From: Bilabrum cf. latius
Taxonomy: Eukaryota
Direction: 5' to 3'
NCBI GenBank assembly: GCA_965178125.1
Contig: OZ237755.1
Span: 558,001-622,000, forward strand
Length of the DNA: 64,000 nt
The translations under genes were made by a program, and so were the position numbers. Numbering within the stretch: position 1 is the stretch's first letter; the number at the start of each line of letters is the position of its first letter. Below the pieces are notes generated by a model. It was not told where the DNA came from and did no database searches. It saw only the letters and a program-made list of their open reading frames with translations. Below, piece by piece: positions 51,001 to 61,686 of this stretch.

Positions 51001-51365
51001 GAAACAGCAATGCTCAATTGACAGCCAGGTTGTCACCCAAACACTACCACATCTGCACCAACGCATGCGGACACAATACTCAAGCTTTGCCAGTGATCCG
51101 AAATGCCACGGCACAGGAACTGCAGCGATCGGATGAAGCCTTCACTCACCTCCCGGCCGCCGGCAACTGTAGAGTTGCTAATCGTTATTTGACACCCAGA
51201 TTCAATTCGCAGTCGCCCCACAGTGCTTCCGGAACGACCGATCACTCGACCAGTAGAGCGCGGTGGAATCAGCATAGTTAGCCTGAGCGAAACTGACTCC
51301 CCCGTGCTATCAGACAGAGACTGTGCCTACGGGGGCCTGCCTGCTTGTCTTGAGTATCCAGACAT
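48088..51365 (-). CDS. RNA-binding protein with three KH domains and a Gly/Met/Pro-rich tail, ~873 aa, 4 exons (TAG=Gln)
   Basis: Exons 51365-51150, 50996-50727, 50479-50189, 49932-48088. GxxG loops GRVIGRSG, GAIIGPKG, GRLIGKRG. TAGs at 51327, 50204, 49729, 48820, 48385, 48376; ends TGA. Confidence 0.86.
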
Positions 51366-51576
51366 TGGTACCCCCTTGTACGTCTAAACTTTGGAACGAC
51401 GCTAGATGGTTCGATCCACCGCCAACTTAAAATATGAAATTTGCCGAGCAAGTAGTAAGGTGTATTTACCAGCGAATCTTCGGTCAGGTGCAGCGAACCA
51501 AGTCGCGCTGGCCGCGATACTGAGTCGGATACTCCCAGACCAAACGCTTGCCCGTGGTCATCTACGCGCCCAGCAC

Positions 51577-53352
51577 ATGGCAGAGCAGTCCACACTTAGG
51601 ATTGAAGCATTGCTTTCTGAAGCCGCCGGGGAATCGAGACGACCAGCGGTATTTCGGGTAGCAAGGCTCCGGTTGCCGTAGTACAGCGCTCGACTCGCGG
51701 GACGAGAGCGCGCTTCCCCAAGGGAACCGGCATGTGCTCGGGGCAAATTCCTGCAGATTGCATCTAAAATTCGTAGGCATATCTTGGATGTCAAGCCATG
51801 GTAGTTGCAGTACGAGCCATTGTTGCAATCCGTGCCTAGAATGCTCCTCACAACTCTCGCAACCATGCACCACGGCGACGCCAGGGCTGCAGCGCACATG
51901 ATTGGCATTTTGCTGGACTACATTCAGCTAGAAGACATGAAAGCGAACAGTTCGAGTGATTTGGCAGAATGCCTGCTTCTGGCTTGTGATTTCAACTCGT
52001 TCAGTGTCGCGTGGAAAGTAGCAATAGCCGCACAAGGGGCTCACGCTCGACTCCTTCGCACCCCCAAGGAGCACGAGACGAAACGATATAATGAGTACGA
52101 CTTTGGCATCGTAATCAGAACGGACGAGAGTGCAGTACAACGATGCTGCCGCCTGCAGCGGTGGGAGGCACTCCTCGGGGTGCTTGCTGCTGCAATGCAA
52201 GGAGCTGCACGGGAGGTGCGTTCGGTACTGAAACATCATGCAGCTACTGGAACAAGCGATCATAGGCTGTGCTCATCCAGCCTGCAGCTGGAGCTAGCGT
52301 CCACTCGAGAATCCTCGCGGTGCAGCAGCATCACCGAGCCAGCCGAGTCGATTGGCAGCCGGGGCAGCTCCAGAGCCAGCGAAGAATGCTCGACACGCAA
52401 AAGTGTGGAATCCCTTGTGCTTGAGGGAGACAAAGAGGCCTCATCGGTGGCACTGAAGCAGGTGCCCAGCAAGATGGCCGAACTTCGCGAGTCGCTCGGT
52501 CACATTGCGAGCACTCTTGCATGCTACAGGCGATCCCGCACGCTGCGTCGCACGCACGGAAGACCAAGGAGAGCTCTATCAGGGTCTGAATTCCACGTCT
52601 AGATGCACGACTCTGACGACCCCGACGAACCTGATGACGCCCTCGCGGCTCTAGCAGAGCTGGCCGGTCGCGTCGATAGCCTAGTTCGCTCCCATGTTCG
52701 TTCCTTTGCGGCATTGCAAGAATCTTTGAAGCACGAAACGGCTTCGGAGCTGAACTGCATCGAATCAGGGTGGGGCTCTGGAATCGAATCGTCACAGGCT
52801 GAGGCTTCGGTGGCTGCGGCCTTGCCCGTTCGGCGTGCTCATATGTTGCCAGCACCTTGCCAACTGCCACCGGCAGGTTGTGGCAGCCCGAGGCGCAAAC
52901 AAGCTCCAAACGGAATGTGGGCTATGGAAGAAGACACCCCTGCAGTTCTTTAGTCGGACCCGAGAAGCAAAGCCGAGGAAGGCATGCAGAAGGGGCAGCA
53001 GCACCCATTCGAATCTTTGGCCTGGAACATCCTTCGAGCAACAGAAATTGACCGAAGAGGTTTGGATGAGGCATTAGGAGGAGGCACCGACGGGAATGCC
53101 TGCCTTGCTCGTCAAGGTAGAGACAAGCTGGTCCTCGAGCAAGTGCTCGACATCGTACATGCCGAGCGACCGAGCCGAAACTGGGCGGCACGACGTAGCT
53201 TAATACTTTTTCGATAGTCGTCTCGAGCTGCTAGGCTGCAGTCTAGGGCTCAAATGGCTGTCTCAAATACGCCAGGCATGGCGAAGGTGCTGGGCTATGG
53301 CAAGCAGGCCGGAGATGCAGTCTTTGCGTGTGCTGAAACCGATTCGGGCTAA
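51577..53352 (+). CDS. Helical protein of unknown function, ~591 aa (TAG=Gln)
   Basis: Track ORFs 51406, 51805, 52603 and 52984 share one frame joined by TAGs at 51679, 51802, 52600, 52951, 53215; ends TAA 53350-53352. Confidence 0.62.
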
Positions 53353-53370
53353 ACAATCCAAAGGTAATGC

Positions 53371-56300
53371 TTACTATCCCGTGCCACGACCCACAATCTC
53401 GATGTCGCTATCGTCGTCGCTAGACGTCAACTCGATCGCAACGGGTACTTCACCCCCCTTGGGCACGCTGCCCTACTAGCCAGGCGCAGGTTGCGCTGGC
53501 GGTGGTGCCGCCGGCTCTGGCTGAACCTAGGCCTACGCTTCTGAGATGAAAGTCTGCGGCGCCTGCCATCTAGCACTACCATCGTCCAGGGCATTAAACT
53601 GCTCGCTCCGCTGAACTCCCGTGCCCTACCCTGCTGGGTGTGGGGCCGGTTGCACTGGTGCTGCAATGTTCTGGGCTGTGCCGTTGCTGCTGCCGTCCGT
53701 CCTGCCCTAACCCTGAGTGCTGACCGCCGCACTGGCTTCGTCCACTCTGCGTCGCTTGGATTGAGGCCTCTCTGAGTCTTCTCTTATGGTGTTGCTGGTG
53801 GTGTTGCTGGTGCCGCCTGCACCATGCGACGGTGGGCTGCTGTGAACATCCCCAGAGGCATGACCCGCGGCGAGGTCTTGGGAAGGCTTGCCGGCAGAGC
53901 CACTCTCGAGATCCTCTGGCACAGTTCCTCCATCCAGGGAACAAGCGGATCGGATCATCTCCCTCAGCTGCCTGAGCTCGACGCACACTCTCCGCACGGC
54001 CGGGTGGATCCTGCCGCGCCCAATCAGCCGATTCCTCTGCGCGCTCTCTATCACCGACCGCCTCAGGCTATCCAGCGCAGTGCCGATGCTGGCGTACACG
54101 TGCACGCCAGCTGCGCGCCTCCATGAATCAGGGAGATAGGTCTTTACTCTGACCCTCAGCTCTGGCTGGTGCCTGCGGGCCGAAGCACGAGACGAGGAGG
54201 GCCCGGCAGAGGCCCTGGCCGGACTGCTTGTTCCCAAGCCACCCAGTGAGCTTTGGGACGCCTAAGACGAAGGACCGCTATTGCTGCCTTGGCTCTCCTA
54301 AATTGACCCAGACTGCAATGACGGCCTGCCGCTGCTTCCGTGGCTGGCCTGCCCCGACCCGCTGTGCCAACTCAATGTGGAAATTGCAGGCTGGAGCTTC
54401 TTCTCGTTGATCAGCTCGGCGTGCTCGATCGGCACACCTGAGGTAAGCACTTGAGCGAGGTCCGCGTGAAGCAGGGCCACGGCATCCGCAATGGTCGTGA
54501 GCATGAGCACGATCCGCTGCCTCTTGCCCATGTCATCGCACGGCGCGTTGTAAAACTCCGAACGAGGGAGCGCGCCATGGCACGCTGCCATTGCGTCCCC
54601 GCCCGTGGTGCACCGCCTCACCACGCCCACTGCCGCGCTTTGAGGCTTGCTCCAGAGCTTGCCCAGCCGAGTGTTCGTTGACGTGCCGTGGCCTGCATCA
54701 GGCGTCCATGATACCTCCCAGTCCTCGCGTAGGAACCAGTACGGCGTGGTGCTTCGTGTCGGCATCGCCTTGACTGGCCCCATCTTCTGCGCTGCATCGT
54801 TGCCGTTCGACTTGGACTCGGACTCGACACCGCTATCGTGAGCGGCCGCGCCGCTAGACGTAGGTGCATCCGCCCTGCCATGCCCCCCCATACGTTTATT
54901 CACAGAATCTGCCGCATGGCGCGCCTGATGCATCGCCCTCTCCTCCATCGCTTTCTTGCGCTCTGAGACAAGCCTGCAGTTGTACGACTCGACCATCTTG
55001 AGCTTGTGGATCTGGCTCTCGAGCATTTCCCTCGGGAACGAGGACAGTTCCAGGTTGGTGGGGTCGCCCCGTTGCTTGCTGGGGGATCGCATCCGCGCGC
55101 GAGGGACCGGGAATTTGGGGGGCGGGGGTGGTACTAGGGATCCTCTATCAGCCCCTGCAGAGAGCGAGCGGATGCCGCCGCCCGAGATGGAGGCTTCTGC
55201 GGGCGGGCCAGCCGACGAGGCGGGGTCCATCTCTTGGCGAGATCGCTTCACGCCGGCCGTAGCAGCGGCAAGCAGCCCGGGAGAGCTCCTGGAGAGGGCT
55301 CGGCCCTTCAGGCTCCGAATGGTCATGCGCTTCGACGCCTTGGACCACACTCGTGCCAGGGCGTTTCGCCAGCGTCTCGTGTCTCGGATCCCCGTTGTTA
55401 CCATGAGCTCGTCACCACCATCTCCCAGATTGACTAGCACGCAATCCAGCATCCTCGGTAGCACCTGCTGCAGCGACTTGCTGCACGCGTCCACGATGGA
55501 CTTTCTTGCAGAAAGGCAAGCGTCGGCAGTCGCCACGATGCCTCGCTTCTCGTGAGGCCAGCAGTACGCGCATGCCAGGACTTCCGCAGCGTCCATTCGA
55601 TCGTCCTCGATGTTGGATGCCTCAATCTGCGTCAGGCTGCAAATCACCAGTCTGCCACATCGCGCAGCCAGACACGGATCAATCAGCAGCCCAGCGGCCC
55701 ACGCTTCCGACAGGTCTGCCAGCACGGATATCGAGGATCGGTGCACCTCTGCTTGCCGATCCGTGTCTACCGTATGCGACGCCTTTACCTGCTCCACTTC
55801 GTCTGCGAGCTATCGCGTGAATCGTTTGGACCAGAGGGATGGCATCTTGTGCAGTGGGTCGTCCTGATCCACGCCTTTCATCGCGTCGCCCAGGTGCTCC
55901 TCGAACTTGCTCGGGCCTGCCATGCCGGGGCTGTAGGCCTTCCGCTTCTAACGAACCCTGCCAGAGCTCGATTTGCGGAGGCCACGGTGCACGGCCCACT
56001 GGGCATCATCGACGCAAGCAGGAGAACCGTGGATCCAAGGCAGGCCTCTGAGCTGCGCAAGCGCAGACCCCCTAGGAGGCGGAAGGAACAAGGAGAGAAC
56101 ACCGCCCCACGCTCGCTGCAACAGCTGCCTGTCCACTTGAACCGCAGTAGCATCTGCGTCTGAAAGCTTGTAGGGCTCGTGCTCCAACTCAATGCGAGCA
56201 TGCACCTCTTGGCCGCTTGCCGCAGCTTGCTTGGATGATGACGACTATGCCGATGACGCTGCTGTCGCAGAGCTGGGTGCTGCTCCAGTAGCACCAGAAG

Positions 56301-57876
56301 CAGAGGACTTGCTCGATTGCCCGTCCATCAAATTATGTTGCGCCCCTGAAATGGCCAGCTGCCTTGCCTCCTTGCCAGCGAGCAGGTGGCACGCACCCGT
56401 TGCGAACGGGAGAATGGCAACTGCCAGCTCCGAAGCGTGCTGCACAAGCGCACAGGCCCGCAGTAGCTGGGCTCTGGCTGCTCTTACACCCGCGCGGATT
56501 CTGCCCCCCGGTGAGGCAAGCTTTTGCGCATACATTAGCTTGAATAGTTTGTGAGTGCCGCTGATGTCCACGCCCCCGAAATATGCCATGCTCTGCAAGC
56601 TGATGCGGTTCTGGGTAGGGTCCAGCACGTGCCTCTGGTGGTGCTTTGCCTTCATGGGGTCGTGCAGCATGACCACCCTCTTCTACAGACTGTGCTCGAT
56701 GCTAGCTTGCACGTCGGCTCCGGCTCCTGACGATGCCCCTTGCTTGGAACGCTTCCCATTCCCATTCCCATTCCTGTTCCTGCCCTTGCCTTTGGCCTTG
56801 CCTTTTCCCTTTGCTTTGGTTGATTTTCGCTTGTCACCACCCTCGCTGTCCTTAGTAGCGGCTTCATCCTCTAATTCAGCGTCTGAGTCGTCGGAATCCG
56901 CACTAAACTCGCTGTCATCGTCATCCTCATCGTCGCCTGTGCCGGCCTTCCTTTGCTTCCCGCTGGCCTTTCGTCTTCTCGCAAGTGCTGATGCTGCTGC
57001 CGTGGCAGCCGGTCGTTTACCTCTCCTGCCACCTCTCTTGCCAGCGCTGATCTTTGTACCATCACCGCCGGAGTCTTCATCCTCTTCAGCACCGGCCTTG
57101 TCTTCCTCCTCCTCTTCATCATCATCCAAGCGTCCAAAAGCCGGGCCATCCATGGCCATGGCCACCTGCACCACCTTGCGATCCGTCTCAGCATCCGCAG
57201 GCAGACTCGTGATGACTTCATCGTGCGGATCCTCTTCGTCCTATCGCCGGATTTTCAGATCCACTGCCAGGCCCCTGCCCGAAGCGAGCACGTACCCCGG
57301 CGGGACATGCTGCACCTGTGTACTACCAGCGGCTCCGGAACGTGGGGAATCGGGGCCATGCTCAGGTGCAACCATCGGAAACAGCTCGATCATGTCAGGC
57401 CAATCAGCAAAAGTTTCCCCTGTGCGGATGCAGCGCGAAAACTCTGCAACCAAGGTTCGTGCAGCCATTTGCATGCTGACAGCCACCAAACGCGGTTTCT
57501 GGACTACCAGATACCGCGGCTAGTTATCACTAATTGCACACTTTGAAATTTCACGGAGCAAATCGACGTACTGTTGAATGGTTGCAGGGTCTTCAACCTA
57601 AGCAGTTGCCCCGAGCAATGCATGCTAGTATGCATCACTCGGCGGGTGCCTTGGCTCCGGAATGGGCACACTAGGCGCAACACGACCAAGCTAAACTACT
57701 GCGCTGCGTACTACTGCGGGAACAATATCATTGCGAAAATCCTGGACAGCACCGCCGTACGCGATGCCACCACGCTGCTGTTCAACCGCCTCTGAGTGAG
57801 TAACCCAGCGCTAGCTCGCACGACCATACGGTCGAATATACTAGGCAGCAGATTTTGCTGCAGAGCTGCCAGACAT
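53371..57876 (-). CDS. Large probable nuclear protein of unknown function, ~1501 aa, single exon (TAG=Gln)
   Basis: From ATG 57876 to TAA 53371 there are 20 in-frame TAGs and no TAA/TGA. Acidic and basic tracts; C-terminal SIM-like VAIELTSSDDDSDIEIV. Confidence 0.75.
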
Positions 57877-58055
57877 CGTTCAGGCAATCGTGTTTTGGAC
57901 AGGCACATTTGCCGCTCGTTTGGCATAAAGAACACCTTACTAATACAGAAAAATCTCATTTGTGTGGTTTCTTTACCCTACAAATTATTCTGGTATTCTG
58001 GTATTCATTTTGCGACAAAGGCACTGAAAGCGAGTTTTTGTGCATCGAGGTTGCC

Positions 58056-58849
58056 ATGCGCCGGTCATTTGCTGCTCTTGCGCGTACAGTTAAGGCTACG
58101 ACTGGTATCGCTGGCCTCCCAGTTGTTCCGAACTCCAAAGAGGTGTTGCAGTAGCTGGTCGACAAAATGCTGAAGGATGTTCAGGTAAGCCCACGGCACG
58201 TAGTCTATGTTTGAATCTTTGAATGCAGTGTCTGTGTTGTTCACCTCCCTGCGATGCGATCTTCGTCGGTAGCGGAGGCGGTTGGCAGTGTTAGCAACTC
58301 TTGTCGCATCACGCAGATTCTCGACGAGGGCGTCTTCTACCGAAAGTACGTCACTAGCACGTACACCAGAATGAAGAAGATTTTAGAAGAAAACGACGAT
58401 GTAAGAGATGCATCCCGATGTGCAGCAAATCACCGAATCATGGAACGAATCACACGCCCAAGATCATCTCGCGGTCTTGTATCCTTGTGCAGATTGGCGC
58501 TATCGAGGACTAGCTTGGGTACGGGTAGGCCGAAGAAGCCATTGAAAAGATTAAAAAGCACCTGCGGCTGATCCCTAGGCTTGCCTAGGTGCGCCCTTGG
58601 GAGATGGAGGTTCCTGACGTCGATGACGAGGATTTCCAGGACACGATGGATCAGGGCATGATCAGCGTGATGGAGGAGGAGAACCTGGACAGATTTTACG
58701 GCATGACCCCCGAAGATCTGCGAAATGCCGGAGAAAAGTACCCGAACAGAGAAGAGTTCACGGAGCACTTGCGCAGGCTGCACCTGGAGCGCATGGCCAG
58801 GGAGGAGGCAGGCAAGGGAGATGTGGCGGGTGGAGGCGGGCGCCAGTGA
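58056..58849 (+). CDS. NDUFA5: NADH:ubiquinone oxidoreductase subunit NDUFA5 (B13), ~189 aa, 3 exons (TAG=Gln)
   Basis: Exons 58056-58184, 58317-58400, 58493-58849. KATTGIAGLPVVPN..L..YRKYVTS..IED[TAG]LGYG[TAG]AEE..RPWE. TAGs at 58152, 58511, 58526, 58586; ends TGA. Confidence 0.88.
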
Positions 58850-59181
58850 TGATCAAACAGTTGCTGATATCTGTGCTTGGACTGGTAGGATCCTATTGCC
58901 GTCTACCTGTACGAGGGCTGGCCAAACGCGATTCGTTTCGACTTGGTATTTGGTCCCGCTTGAAGATGTAACTCTAGTTTGTGAGATCATGCCTTGCTGT
59001 AAAATCTACGGCGTACTCCACAGCGCGTTCCACCGCGATAATTCATGGGTTATGGCCCTTGACTGCCCCCTGCCCCCAGTAATCTGGCCATTGCGGAACG
59101 AATAATTGCGCGGCGCCCCAGCTGGCGCCCAAGAATACAGCAGGGTGCAACATCTCGTGATCAGTCTGCCTTCACTGCAGC

Positions 59182-61418
59182 ATGCCATTCACGATCCAAG
59201 TAAAACAGGTAAAAGGAAGCCCGAGCCCTGTCCAAGTAGAGGGATCCGAAACGGTGAGAGGCTACAGGCGGGGCCACAGTTTGACCGGCCGTCACTATTC
59301 TGCTCGCTCGGCCACCAGAGCATGAAGCTTTTACTTGCACCATATAGTCCAGTCTGGTGGCATTTTCAGTTGTGTACAAGACCTTTGTACGCTCATGGAC
59401 CTGTTTTTGTCTATGATTGAGGCTTGAGACTGCCTTTGCTTCCGCTGAGAATTCAACTAGTTCTGCCGATCATGCGGGGACCATGCAGCCATTTTGACAC
59501 ATTGTTTGGTAGTCAGTACATCTATATGAGTGCCAATATTCATTAAGCTGCAAGATTTGCCACCGTGCCGCAGATCGGTGCCATCAAGGACAAGATCGCT
59601 TCATCCCTCGGGTGGACGAGGGAAGGCATGAGGCTCGTGTTCTCCGGGAAACTTCTGAAAGATGATATGACTGCAGAGGCTGCAAAGTTGAAAGAGAACG
59701 GCCTTGTCATCGCAATGGTGAAGAAGGTGAGAGCAAATCGTGCTTGCCAGCGAGCTGCAGACTGGCACACGCTCGCGCGGATGGGGGGCATCCTTGTTAC
59801 CGCCGGCAGTCGTTCCACCACTAAATCTTGTTGTTTGTTACTGCTGCAGGGAGGAGCCGCCAAGCCAGCCGGAGCCGCTGCCCCAGCCGCAGCTCCCGCT
59901 GCAGCCCCTTCGCCAGCGCCCGCCCCGGCGCCCGCGCCCGCGCCCTCTTCCGGCGCAAGTGCCTACGGAGCAGCCTCATCGCCCGCCCCGGCCCCCGCTG
60001 CCGCAAACCCGTACGGCGCAGCAGCCGCGGCCCCGGCCCCCGCTCCCGCTGCCCCGGCCGGACTGAGCATTCCCGGCATGAGCGGCTCCGAGGCCAGGAC
60101 CATGGTGGACAACCTAAAGGAGATGATGGGAAGCCCAGAGGACCAGGTGGTGGCAGCTCTGAGGGCTGCCTACGGCAATCAGGAAAGAGCCGTTCAGTAT
60201 TTGCTGGAGGGGATTCCCCCCGGGGCTGGAATGGGGAATGCTGGCGGGATGGGTGGCCCTGCCGTTCCACCAGTGCCGGCCGCTGCGCCTGCACCCGCAC
60301 CGGCACCAGCACCGGCACCAGCCCCGGCGCCAGCATCTGCGTACCAGCCCGCAGCAGATGCACCTGCGGCTGCTTCCCCCGCACCTGCACCTGCACCCGC
60401 ACCTGCGGCGGGCACATCAGCCCCCGCCCCTGCCCCCGCTCCAGCATCAGCCCCAGCCCCGGCCCCGGCCCCGGCCCCGGCTGCCGGTGCCTCAGCTGCA
60501 GCCAAGGAACCTTCGCCCTGGTCCGAGGAAGGCCGCAGGAGGAAGCCCCTGCCTCCCATCCTGGAGAACCTCAGAACTTCGGCTCGGTTCCGCACGGTCC
60601 GTCTGCAGGTGCAGAAGAACCCTTCTATTGTTCCCCGAGTCATCGAGAGCCTTAGTCAGCGGAGCTCTGAGATCAGGGATGCTATCCTGATGAACAAAGA
60701 GGCCTTCATCGACATGCTCAACACCCCTGTTGACGAGGACCCGGCGGTCAAAGCCGCGGAGGCGGCGGCTGCTGCGGGTTCGCCCGCTGCTGCCGCACCG
60801 GCACCAGCCTCGGGCGGCTCTTCCGCTTCGGCCCCGGCCCCGGCAGCCGCACCATCCCCTGCCCCTGCTCCCGCACCGGCTCCCGCACCGGCTGGTGGCG
60901 GAATCCCTGGCATGCCCGGCATGGGTGGCATGGGCGGCGGCATGGGTGGCATGGGCGGTGGCATGCCCGGCATGGGCGGCATGGGTGGCATGGGCGGTGG
61001 CATGGGTGGCATGGGCGGCGGCATGGGTGGCATGGGCGGCGGCATGGGTGGCATGGGCGGGATGGGCGGTGGCATGCCTGGAGGCATGGACCCTCGGATG
61101 CTGGGTGCCATGATCGCGCAGATGAACCCGGAGCAGAGGCAGGCGCTCGCGCAGAGAATCGGCGTGCCTGTGGAACAGCTGCAGATGATCGGACAGATGA
61201 TGGCGCAGGGTGCAGTGCCTGGTGGTGCGGGCGGATCGGGCGGTGCTCCCCCGGGCGGTGTCCGAGTTGAGCTGACCCAGGAGGAGGCGGGCCAGCTGAG
61301 GCAGCTGATGGAGCTGGGGTTCTCGCAGTCGGAGGCGCTGCAGGCGTACCTAGCTTGCGACAAGAACTTCGAGATGGCTGCCAACCTTCTCTTCCAGCAG
61401 AAGGACCAGGAGAGCTGA
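59182..61418 (+). CDS. RAD23: RAD23-type ubiquitin shuttle (UBL-UBA-XPC binding/STI1-UBA), ~597 aa, 3 exons
   Basis: Exons 59182-59253, 59574-59726, 59850-61418. UBL RLVFSGKLLKDD, UBA1 ALRAAYGNQERAVQYLLEGIP, UBA2 LMELGFSQSEALQAYLACDKNFEMAANLLF. No internal TAG; ends TGA. Confidence 0.93.
60899..61090 (+). repeat. Coding GGCATGGGT/GGCATGGGC (Gly-Met-Gly) tandem repeat in RAD23
   Basis: Imperfect 9/12-bp units encoding GGMGGMGGGM. Pro-Ala repeats also lie at about 59870-60060, 60270-60500 and 60780-60895. Confidence 0.85.
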
Positions 61419-61686
61419 GCATGTGCGTGAAGCGCACTGGTTGTGTTGGCTGTACTGCTTCGTGTTCAATGGTTTCGACAGCAAGCTATGGTCTAAAAGA
61501 AGAGAAATAACTATGTGAATATATGGTGCAAGCCTGCAGTACCTGTTGGTCATGTAAATAGTAAACACCATCAATACCTGGCATCCCTGCCTGGCCATTC
61601 CTGCGGCAATGTTACCACCGCCGCCCGCTTTGGGGGATAGGCCGACCAAGCCTGGCCGAACGGGGCACTGTCCCAGAGCACCGCCT

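Noticed and set aside
22946-58528. TAG as Trp (A-to-I editing), Leu, Tyr, Glu or pyrrolysine
   Set aside because: Informative conserved sites (PMS2 SGQVV, NDUFA5 EDQL and GQxEE) and adjacency to CAG/CAA runs indicate Gln. No Pyl machinery or context is visible. U-to-C mRNA editing cannot be excluded from DNA alone, but is unlikely at this density in nuclear genes.
59254-59573. snoRNA in the longest intron (RAD23 intron 1, 320 nt)
   Set aside because: Only an imperfect C-box-like ATGATTGA about 30 nt before a CTGA, which is too short, and no clear terminal stem.
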